IMG/VR virus record: IMGVR_UViG_3300030118_004045
Coordinates: 1-33,012 of that record
Source: a virus
Lineage: Duplodnaviria > Caudoviricetes
DNA length: 33,012 nucleotides
Direction: 5' to 3' (one strand)
Made by a program: the position numbers and the translations under genes. This document shows, one piece after another, positions 7,801-14,904 of the stretch (positions within the stretch are counted from its first letter, which is position 1; each line of letters begins with the position of its first letter). The notes beneath the pieces are model-generated. The model made no database searches, was not told the DNA's origin, and was given only the letters and a program-made list of their open reading frames with translations.

Positions 7801-10800
7801 CCGTGAAATCAACACCCCTTAACCACATTCCGTAGAACCTTAAAGTCTCGCCTAAATTTCCTGTCTTTATGGTATCACGAGTTTTAGCTTGCGGAAGATC
7901 GCTAAATGGATTTCCAAAGTGTTGTTCACCTTCTTGCCTGAGTGTGTTAATGCCTTCTCCTTTTGCTGCTGCTGCTCTAACTGCTGCTGGCCCTTTTTTA
8001 TAAACAACCTCTGGTGATTTTTGTTGGTTATCTGGCGTAGTATCTCCTACATACTTCAAGGTGTAGGGGTCACGTAGTTTTTTCTCAACTAAGATATCAT
8101 GGATAGCTCTTGCTTGTGAGTTAACATTTATACCAAAGTTGTTCGCACTCGTAGGTTTTTGTGCAAACTTATCAGTAAGTATTTTACCTGAACTAGCTTC
8201 TCCAATGACTCCTAATTGTTCTTCATTATTATCAAAGTATATTTTCCATAACCCTTTATATACTTCGTAGTACCTAAATTTATCGCTCTCTGCTTTTTGA
8301 CCTTTGCCTGTTCCTTTAGCAGCTTTGTAAAGATCTTCTATTGTTGCAATTCCTTTATTAGCTTTACCATCTTTTTGTAGGAATCCTAATTTTCTTGATA
8401 TGGGTATGCCTAAACTTTTTAAAAGTTCTATCGCTTGTTTATATTTTATAGTTGCATTCTTAGGGGAGAATGTTTTACCAACAGAGGTTCCTGCTAATGA
8501 AACCTCAAAGGTATCTCCTTGTCCTTCAGGAACTTCTTTAGCATACCCCACTTGTTTTAAAACTGGTTTAGTTTTAAGTGGAATAGTTTCTAGATAGGCA
8601 TCTATACTTTGTCTTATTGCCCTTATTTGGGACTCTAAAATCTCTACACTGTCATCTCTTACAGAAGGATCAAAATTCTTTATCTGTTCTTCTAATTCTT
8701 TTATACGACTGTTAGCATCAACTAGTCGGACAGAACGTGTTGAAAGCTCATTATCGTAGTTTCTATAGCTATATGTTATATATACATCACTAGCTCTGAG
8801 TGGTTCCTTTGTATCTTCTTTAGACTCTACCTTCTTTTCGTTCTTAACTGCGAATTCCTTTTTAAATCTATCATAGTTGCTCCTCGCCTCTTGGTCGTAC
8901 GCAATGTTTTCAATTAAACCTCCCTCATCCACTTGTTCTGAGCGTTTATCTTTAATTAATTTATAAAACCCTTCTTCAAACACCATATTAGGTGGTATAT
9001 AACCTGCGTCTAAAAACATTTCAGCCATCTGCTCTCCCGTCCAACCACTCAAACCGCCTTCAGTCCTCTGGGCTACTAAGAATTCTTTATCTGGATTAGC
9101 ACGAGCTGTCTCATATAGCTTACTAATATTTTCAGTTATCTGTGTTTCCGATAATGATCTTTTAGCTGTTGGTGTTTTCTTAGTTGGGAGCGCATAAGAA
9201 GTACCCTCCGTCCCCTCCTGAAGTCCTTCAGCTTGTCCCTTTACATTCCACTTACCTTTTGTACCATCTTCCTGCTTATTATAATTACTGTCTGATCTAA
9301 GTTTCCTAAATTCATCTACACTTTTCCCCTTACCGAAAGTTGCAAACCCTGCTGCCCCCGCTCCGTGAAACCCTTGTAGGTTGGAACCAAATACAAACAC
9401 TTGATTTTCGTCTAATGAGGTTATTTCACCCTTGTATGTTTTTGAACGGGGTTCAGTTGTTGGGTCATATTCCTGATAGCCATATTGTACATACCGCCCT
9501 CTCTTTTTAACTATTTCGTTATAGGCTTCTATAATTATAGCATCCGTATTTTGAGCAAGTACTTCATCTCTTGTTTCAGGATCGTAAGCTCCTTGATCCT
9601 CAAACCTATTTATAATCTTTTCAATTTCGGCTGCCATCGCACGTAGCTCTTCCTCCGTAAAATCCATTACACCTTGGTTATCCAATATGGGAGATTCTAT
9701 TAGTTTCCTAAAACCTTGTTCACCACCGTATCGATCAAAGTCTGGATCTCCAAGCGTTAGTATTTCGTCCCCTTTGTCATATTCAGGCATCTTCCAGTTT
9801 AATTGTTCATCATCAGTTTCTGGTAAGCCTTCATTAATTTTACTAAGAGCAGACTTTATATGTTGCTTGTTTATTTCAGGAGGATCTTCCTCATACAGAG
9901 TAGGTATGCCTAAATGATACCCGATTGTTTCTCTTAGCTCCCTATAATTTATATCCAAAACCTCATCAAGTTCTCCTCTTATATCTCCTATCGATTCATT
10001 AAGCTCTTCCGATGCCTTTCTTAAAAGTGGACTATAAAAATAATTACTTACGACCTCTTCGGGAATCGCTTCATTAAACCAGTTAGATCCTTTAAAACCA
10101 AGATTTAAAAGAGGATACCATGTACCAGCTTTATTTTCATTACCTGACCTTCCTGATGCGAGATAAAAAGTAACTATGACTCCGTTTACCTTTTTGAAAA
10201 CAATAGCCCGTCCAGTTAATTCAAATATAACTGATTGATTCGGACCAGAACCTTTAAACAAAAGAGAGTCTTCACTAACTTCATCAAAGCCATCTTCATT
10301 TCTAACAGCAGATAATATATCATTCATTTCCTCACCGCTTGGGAAATAAGTATCTTCTAGTATAGGCTCTCCTTCTGTATCAAACTTCTCTGTCGGGGTT
10401 TTAGCTTCGGCTTTTGGTATATTTAATTCATTAGCTTTTTGTTGAGCTTCCTCTTCAAGTTCCAACCCATAGTTTTCAGCAATGCTCTGCTTATCAAGGT
10501 TATCCATGTCCTCTATGAGCTGTTCATTTTGGGCATCTAAATCTGCTCCTTCTGGAGCTGTTGGCATATCAGCAGTATCTTTACGTTTCTGTAAAGAACC
10601 CCAATCAATACCAAGAGCTTTTGCTGCTTCTATGTTAGCTTCCTTTTCATAATCAATAGCTATTTCATTAGTCAGATCAGGGTTATCATTTTCATCTTTT
10701 GGATAATTTACATTATGCCCTAATTTGATATGAGCTTTCTCATGTTCTTTGATAAACTCAATATATCTTTCAACAGAACCTAAAGCTTCTTTGAATTTTG

Positions 10801-13591
10801 CTAAGTCAACCTCTTCAAAAACTTTTTTCTTTTGTTCCGAAGTAGGACTATCTATCTTTCCAGATAAATAAGGGAGGGGTTCTTTCGCATTAAAATCATT
10901 TGCTATATTGGTTGTATATAAAACAATTTCCGCTTCTGCTTCTGTCGTAGGCTCCCCATCAATAGACTCAGTAGTTTTAGTTGATACTGCTGGAGTACTT
11001 CCTAACTTTCCTGAAGTATCTTTAGTGTTCTCAGTTATTTTTATTTTTGTATCTTCTGCTGCTTTTTTTCTTCTAGCTATTTCTTCAGTCGCAGCTATAG
11101 CTTGACCTATAAAAGTTTCATACTCAGTTCCCGTAACTTTAGAAGCAGGAGTTCTCAACTGCGCTAATGTTATCTCCTCCATGACCTTCGCAGTTAAGGG
11201 AGAATTATTATCTTTTAAAAATTTTATGAGCTGTTGTTCTTCGTCTTGGCGTACCATTTCCAACTGACCTTTTGAAAAAGCCCCTTGTTTTTCTGCAATA
11301 GAACGTACACCAGCAGCACCTTGTCCGATGATACCACCAACTAAACCTGCGTACATAGCACCAGTTACCCTATCAATCATAGGGGTATCTTCATTTAGAG
11401 CAGCGTCTACAATGAATGAATTTACAAACTCATCTACACCTTCCTCGAAAAATTCTTGTGTACCACTTTGAAGGAATCTCCTATACAAACCAGTAAATCT
11501 TTGGGGTACAACTTCCTTAATCCTTTTTGATAAGTACTCCCTCATTAAGTTTCCATATTGAGACTGAGCAATCTTAGTTCTCAGCATCCTTTCCAAAAGG
11601 GACTTATGTTGCTTGGCAGTAATACCTCTAAGGAAAACATCTTCAAAACCACCTGCCCCTACACTACTGAAACCTGCTGTAATAAGACCTGTTGCAGTTC
11701 CTGCCATCATCGCTGCTCCAAAAGCGGCATCATGTTTTTCCTCATGTGTACCTTCCAAATTGCCATACACTGTAGCATAAGTAGCACCAGCCGACCTATT
11801 AGCAGCCGTTACAAATAGAGCAGATGTCTGAACACCACTTACTAAATAAGAAGATGCTTGTCTTTTAATAGTCTCTTTACCTTTCTTCTTTGTAACAGTT
11901 CTAGTTAGTGATCTATTGAAACCATCAATAGCTTTTTGTACGTCGGCTGCATTACTACCCTTTGTAAAAATACCAGCGTCGGTAAGTCTCTTAGCTGCTT
12001 GCTCCGTAGTTTCTCCAAACCTTTTCTTTAATACACTACCAGTTACGGTTTTAATAGCTCCTTTGGCTGTTAAGTTTACACCCTGTTTACCTGTTATATA
12101 AAGTGCGCCACCAAATCCAAATGTACCCGAACTAAGTAAAACAGTAGCTGTTATGTCAGTAACCATAGGTGCAATCGCAGTAGATACATCCATACCTAAA
12201 CCAAACTTGTCGCCAAATATTTCAGCTACAGCTCTACGGTTTTGTCTGTCCTCGTCCTGTTCAACCAAAGCATCAATAGCAGCTTGGTTTTCAAACAAAG
12301 CAGGTATTACAAACGCTAGACCAGTGAACGAATCAGCAATAGAATCACCGATTGCACCTAAACGATTTTTAGCCCCACTATAATTTTTAGGGTCGGCTAT
12401 AAATCTTTCTAGTATTTGACCATTAGATAAACCTTTTTGTTTACCATCTATCTTTGCAGTACCCCATTTCTTCTCCACTGTAGAATCTCTAAATAATTCA
12501 TCGTATTGAGGGAACTGTCTTGTGAAAAAATCTTTTCTGTAGTTTCTTAAAGAAGTCTTTTGATTTGTATTTAAATCCGTACGGAGTTCCAAAGCTGCAT
12601 CAAACTTACCTCTATCAAAAATCAACTCTGAGTGTGCTATGACTGCACCATTCTTTGTTACTTTGATGTTCTCTCCTAACTTGTTTACATCACTTATAAA
12701 ATCTACTTCCCCTTTTTGGTAGGCTTCAAAAGAAGCTACCTGCTCCAGAGCATCCATGATATCTGAATCCTGAAACCTGTTCCTTGAAACATTCTCCCCT
12801 ATATCCCTGCTGCTTGAATAACCTTTAGCTAACAGAGTTCGGGCTTTAGTAATCAGGGCAGAGGGATCAGTTTCTTCTTTGTTATTGATGAAGTAATCTT
12901 TAGCATCTTTAAGTACTTCATTATAGAGTTCCTTATCTTCCGCTTGGGAAGCAGCAGAAAACTCTGATCTTACTTGATTATCTCTTATTGCTTTAAAAGA
13001 ATTAACACCAGAGTAAATGTCTTTCATACCCCTAGCTACTTGCCACATATCACTATGTCGTATAGCTCCTCTACTCAAAGCACTAGCAACTGCTTTCTTA
13101 CTATCTAAAATATTTGAATCACCTATAAGTTCATAACTTATAGATCCGTCTGCACCTTTTCTTCTTAATGAAGCAAGACTTAGTCTACCATGTTCAACTA
13201 AGTGTTGTTTCGCTTCATTAACTTCTGCTGAGAAGTCTTCTCTTTTAGCTCCATTTTCTAATGCGTTGTAATAATTATCTTTTGCTTCTTGTCCAAAGGC
13301 TTCAAACAAAAGGTTAGCATCAGTATCTACAGTTCCAGAATCTAATGCTGGTCTATACTCTGGATCTATCTGAGCTATCTCATTATTAATAAGTCCACTA
13401 ATAGCTGCTTCAGCATCACTATCTAAAGCCCCACGTTCAAATTCAAACTCTCTTAGATAATTACCATAACCAATAAGCTTATCCTTATCGTCGGTTATGT
13501 TAGATCCAATAGAGTCCCCCCATTTATAAAAAGGTAAGGGATTAGTATATGCGTCATCACCTGACGAATCAGTTATAAGTTCTCCTGTCAC
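1841..13591 (-). CDS. giant (3916 aa) polyvalent internal virion / DNA-ejection protein
   Basis: Last of three large genes downstream of terminase. Gly/Ala-rich hydrophobic N-terminal region typical of ejection proteins. Motifs HEKAH and EEIIH (zincin-like), VFVFGSNLQGFHGAGAAG (macro-like/A1S_2505), HFGNPF (DUF4326-like) and FEVS…TIEDLYK…LW…LTDKFA…QARAI (NADAR-like). C-terminal FAPFIRF…NPY region resembles LPD38-type ends of phage polyvalent proteins. Confidence 0.85.
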   Translation of the reverse strand: MTGELITDSSGDDAYTNPLPFYKWGDSIGSNITDDKDKLIGYGNYLREFEFERGALDSDAEAAISGLINNEIAQIDPEYRPALDSGTVDTDANLLFEAFGQEAKDNYYNALENGAKREDFSAEVNEAKQHLVEHGRLSLASLRRKGADGSISYELIGDSNILDSKKAVASALSRGAIRHSDMWQVARGMKDIYSGVNSFKAIRDNQVRSEFSAASQAEDKELYNEVLKDAKDYFINNKEETDPSALITKARTLLAKGYSSSRDIGENVSRNRFQDSDIMDALEQVASFEAYQKGEVDFISDVNKLGENIKVTKNGAVIAHSELIFDRGKFDAALELRTDLNTNQKTSLRNYRKDFFTRQFPQYDELFRDSTVEKKWGTAKIDGKQKGLSNGQILERFIADPKNYSGAKNRLGAIGDSIADSFTGLAFVIPALFENQAAIDALVEQDEDRQNRRAVAEIFGDKFGLGMDVSTAIAPMVTDITATVLLSSGTFGFGGALYITGKQGVNLTAKGAIKTVTGSVLKKRFGETTEQAAKRLTDAGIFTKGSNAADVQKAIDGFNRSLTRTVTKKKGKETIKRQASSYLVSGVQTSALFVTAANRSAGATYATVYGNLEGTHEEKHDAAFGAAMMAGTATGLITAGFSSVGAGGFEDVFLRGITAKQHKSLLERMLRTKIAQSQYGNLMREYLSKRIKEVVPQRFTGLYRRFLQSGTQEFFEEGVDEFVNSFIVDAALNEDTPMIDRVTGAMYAGLVGGIIGQGAAGVRSIAEKQGAFSKGQLEMVRQDEEQQLIKFLKDNNSPLTAKVMEEITLAQLRTPASKVTGTEYETFIGQAIAATEEIARRKKAAEDTKIKITENTKDTSGKLGSTPAVSTKTTESIDGEPTTEAEAEIVLYTTNIANDFNAKEPLPYLSGKIDSPTSEQKKKVFEEVDLAKFKEALGSVERYIEFIKEHEKAHIKLGHNVNYPKDENDNPDLTNEIAIDYEKEANIEAAKALGIDWGSLQKRKDTADMPTAPEGADLDAQNEQLIEDMDNLDKQSIAENYGLELEEEAQQKANELNIPKAEAKTPTEKFDTEGEPILEDTYFPSGEEMNDILSAVRNEDGFDEVSEDSLLFKGSGPNQSVIFELTGRAIVFKKVNGVIVTFYLASGRSGNENKAGTWYPLLNLGFKGSNWFNEAIPEEVVSNYFYSPLLRKASEELNESIGDIRGELDEVLDINYRELRETIGYHLGIPTLYEEDPPEINKQHIKSALSKINEGLPETDDEQLNWKMPEYDKGDEILTLGDPDFDRYGGEQGFRKLIESPILDNQGVMDFTEEELRAMAAEIEKIINRFEDQGAYDPETRDEVLAQNTDAIIIEAYNEIVKKRGRYVQYGYQEYDPTTEPRSKTYKGEITSLDENQVFVFGSNLQGFHGAGAAGFATFGKGKSVDEFRKLRSDSNYNKQEDGTKGKWNVKGQAEGLQEGTEGTSYALPTKKTPTAKRSLSETQITENISKLYETARANPDKEFLVAQRTEGGLSGWTGEQMAEMFLDAGYIPPNMVFEEGFYKLIKDKRSEQVDEGGLIENIAYDQEARSNYDRFKKEFAVKNEKKVESKEDTKEPLRASDVYITYSYRNYDNELSTRSVRLVDANSRIKELEEQIKNFDPSVRDDSVEILESQIRAIRQSIDAYLETIPLKTKPVLKQVGYAKEVPEGQGDTFEVSLAGTSVGKTFSPKNATIKYKQAIELLKSLGIPISRKLGFLQKDGKANKGIATIEDLYKAAKGTGKGQKAESDKFRYYEVYKGLWKIYFDNNEEQLGVIGEASSGKILTDKFAQKPTSANNFGINVNSQARAIHDILVEKKLRDPYTLKYVGDTTPDNQQKSPEVVYKKGPAAVRAAAAKGEGINTLRQEGEQHFGNPFSDLPQAKTRDTIKTGNLGETLRFYGMWLRGVDFTVKLKGGGSYKINQVKQERRQWVLDQINQGKLDGQKLLYHQEGDLNHAQILRDYVVEVRGFALEQETTEASKPLNINIRYTWGENDPETNTTESTDSVKLNEADAKIKELKEKLASDTEAYDSGSNFGSDIFIDRNYLEDSKARIASLEKAVAEVRGRGSDFSLEQETTTPSKPVDSTLRYKYTYTSVDGTKEITSDIQNIQIEEASKVLEQLRKDVAQIDHTLEFYGGFYNDNDLTREKIQKLGHIEGLQQAINEYDQSIFEPEIGQPITYSYTFFSPEIGLSERITKKLSFPEAKARLEELDNIDAPTDIAVAQANEQEAQSLRPLVEIYENKILQRATTKDIVTFSNVSAKHHVPKEQVKTRKATQFIGDGAVGSSTDNYRRMYEIRGRANTGNYKSSDVVFVASNGLRKDAIIPVKDGELDGKYKLIDDAMEAGATIIMDELSHITNKRYRNYLRKGEVALADYVENNGYVRVGKTGEFVPKTKQEKDVELSYSYIPDWSNGNVITRKVKYKDINKLLDSLDRQVEFNDELKKGDTQGVAEGLRTEIEAVKAAKDQHELSLKLNDINDETTESQIRSLSPEKAFESLDDISQEDLLKLQNLLADLSLIGQLFGVDVRLVSDEQRKAAQESGQEIKPFSFVTSESGSFVQIEPSELGNLIDGLSNRNAKALTSSVMIEEIIHAATFADFTTEEISALYGEMPQSEVNRVIDNYYLTEADKQAARARLTSEDPDVVANEQRTLGKEALRMYAQRALKGFTTEQDRAFYLENPNIFAAILRYLKGFVNRITFALRRDSENPYMSMAVNRVVQAYNDMKAGYQVEPIPMFDPDNPLRVVKAFTGHTETSEADADIAPEVGTIIEVTESQTEGNTTTEVSTNRIFKHGNLTGMLTIPVMKTGKYRGAYKGIMSWMNALVGSPDPRLQRLHQQSVALRNAVFNEIQNYKDRLDKLVAKLYPDGDAPVDLFRSITGDAEVLRLDPKTTDFLNKFFDTKLKRMTQVLAALNEQRVQEPDNKELQANIKRLTEDIKDLDSQKSTAFNRAYQNKRALLEQRREYAIEQLGGYDENGNPKSEIVRHLLALRGKTDEFSKKIGELFPNDPEIKKQLNATIDANLEVYLTRSYKLFSDAGFADQVMYDSKYTEVRNEAAAFFAEEYKTHRATQIILNKETDAEGNLVTRIEDARKIAEKELVADRTKSPSDQPPLIHNMMASFLNSFSNKDNLFTKNRGLKLVEGEDLARRMGFAHILKERLLQRKDIPQQLRALMGEEGDATGYDAIMRTYMHVGIMASHQAYLKNVLDFGLKEKNGWIIEEDVLLNLPDDEKFVIVNGQQVNRWEQIFADGDARFDPWVNVTTGKKYYATRDLNEALKLLGDSTKVALNESEIVATQLNRMAFNLTGLSMATKTLGSIGFYLRNIFGNVLYFGLSQGMIAPIRYTKNMGKEILRHRGIYSGERFKASQIKLDEYYAELDALDIIGDEIRPKMLDEIFRGETTPNELMDEVYRKTKQIDELTDENTKESDLKKIGSPLNKLYTSLKELSAVVDTFYKISYYENELSVLNKAKERGEGKYATMTDYEIKREAADKVLRTAQSYSRSSPLVRGWTKSSLGVMFAPFIRFKGEIVRISINTIRLAVEEMKDQSPTIKRRGALRLSGFLGTTVGLSAVGPLIARMITDVDDEEEAALRRTLVEYLRGHTFIMYREDGELKTLDLTYVNPYAMLADPVLRSVEKGFRGESPASMAMSFIEGLIFNEYLDDQIFAGGLLSLKANRDPQTNKKIWEERDEAEDVFIKGASFLLKEALEPRTIKAGREVAKMIGTNPVEEIFERIAKEFYPAKPYTVDISNNMRRYLFDVRRETQNISLRKNKVLSDNPITDAEMKALVIDEIDHRVRLDKEVAHTLKNLATLGGLSDQDVKKIVYGSQFGKRRYGFLLQGKTETPRETHKGLKKKLRDKYRLTENKEFLRRERLLDAYFKNLPRFYYHNRED

Positions 13592-13616
13592 AGCAGTTCG
13601 GGTTATGTTATATAGG

Positions 13617-14903
13617 TTATTCTGTTGGTCTTCTCATATAAGAGCCATATTGAGCTTGTTTTTGAGCTACTCTATCTACCGCAGCTCCTTCTAATTTTAA
13701 TTTAGCGGAGGCAGCCGATATTAAATTTAATAATTGTTGATAAGTTTTTACGTCTTCTAGTTTACGGATATCATCACCGAGAAGATTTGCGAAGTCCTCA
13801 TCTGTAATACCTGTCTTAACTATAAGTTGAATCAACTCAGTTAAATCTTCATCATCTACTGTTTCAAATTCGTCTACAGTTCTTAATAAACTAGCTGCTC
13901 TTGATGCAAATTCTTCCAAAGCTTCTAGCTGTTTATCACTTGTTATTCCTTGTAACTCATTTGCTTTCTTAATTCTAAGTAAAGCAAGTTGCTTTTCTTG
14001 TATTTGAGTAGGGGCTTTTAAACGGCTTGTTATTTCATTAAAACTATTTGGGTCAGCTCCCCTTAAATCAGGTATAAGCGCAGCAAATTCTTTAGCTTTC
14101 TTTAGATCTTCTTTCGATTTCTTAGTAGCTTCAGCTAACGTAAGTGCAGTATTATAAACTCTTTTACCTCCCTTAGTTTTGTCGCCCCTTAAAGTATTGA
14201 TGACATCTGTATTGCCAGCAGCAACAGCTTGAGCAATCATATTAGACTCTTGAGCTTGGCGCATGGTTTTCTTTTTCTGCCTTGCTTCAAGTTTGTCTCC
14301 AACATTCTTAAAGGCTGTATCGTACAAAGTTGCTACTAAAGGATTGCCAAGGGCTTCAGGATTTTGGAAAAGAGATTGTTGTAGGTTATTAAGTTTAATT
14401 TTATTATTATCACCAGAGGACATTATCTGCTCTATCCTTTGAGATACAGGGACTTGTAAAGCATCAGCAGCCTGTGTTAAACGAGCTTTCCTTTGGGCTT
14501 CCCTTAGTTGCAAGAAACTTTTTTGCTCTTGCATATTCTGTAAACTTTGCTGCCTAAATTCAGGAGTAAACTTATCAAGAATAGCTGCTTGTTTGAACTG
14601 AGGTAACCCACTTGCACTATCAAAAAATTCTTGTCTTAGTGGGGATACTATATCAGCAGGATTAAAATCCCCCTGTATAGCCATCTTCTGCCCTGCCATT
14701 ATAGCACGTTGAGCTGCATCCTCAGTATCCCTTGTAGCCTGTGTTGACATCCCCCGCTTGGTTTCATACACAGCTTCTTTGGCAGCTTCCATTTGAATAG
14801 CTGCTTTAGCAGCCCCCTCAAATTTTTCAGACTTTCTACGTAATCTACTAGATAAAGGAGTTATCTGCCTAACCCCTTGTGCTGATCGTGTGATGTATGC
14901 CAT
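13617..14903 (-). CDS. putative internal virion (ejection) protein, helical (428 aa)
   Basis: A/Q/K/E-rich helical composition, no Cys or Trp; directly upstream of the giant protein, as in podovirus core-protein clusters. Confidence 0.6.
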   Translation of the reverse strand: MAYITRSAQGVRQITPLSSRLRRKSEKFEGAAKAAIQMEAAKEAVYETKRGMSTQATRDTEDAAQRAIMAGQKMAIQGDFNPADIVSPLRQEFFDSASGLPQFKQAAILDKFTPEFRQQSLQNMQEQKSFLQLREAQRKARLTQAADALQVPVSQRIEQIMSSGDNNKIKLNNLQQSLFQNPEALGNPLVATLYDTAFKNVGDKLEARQKKKTMRQAQESNMIAQAVAAGNTDVINTLRGDKTKGGKRVYNTALTLAEATKKSKEDLKKAKEFAALIPDLRGADPNSFNEITSRLKAPTQIQEKQLALLRIKKANELQGITSDKQLEALEEFASRAASLLRTVDEFETVDDEDLTELIQLIVKTGITDEDFANLLGDDIRKLEDVKTYQQLLNLISAASAKLKLEGAAVDRVAQKQAQYGSYMRRPTE

Positions 14904-14904
14904 A

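Noticed and set aside
1841-13591. Giant protein as a virion RNA polymerase (N4- or crAss-like) or DarB methylase-helicase
   Set aside because: I could not find DxDGD/DFDID-type or T7-like polymerase motifs, nor NPPY/F methyltransferase or SNF2 helicase motifs. A highly diverged domain cannot be excluded without HMM or structure searches.
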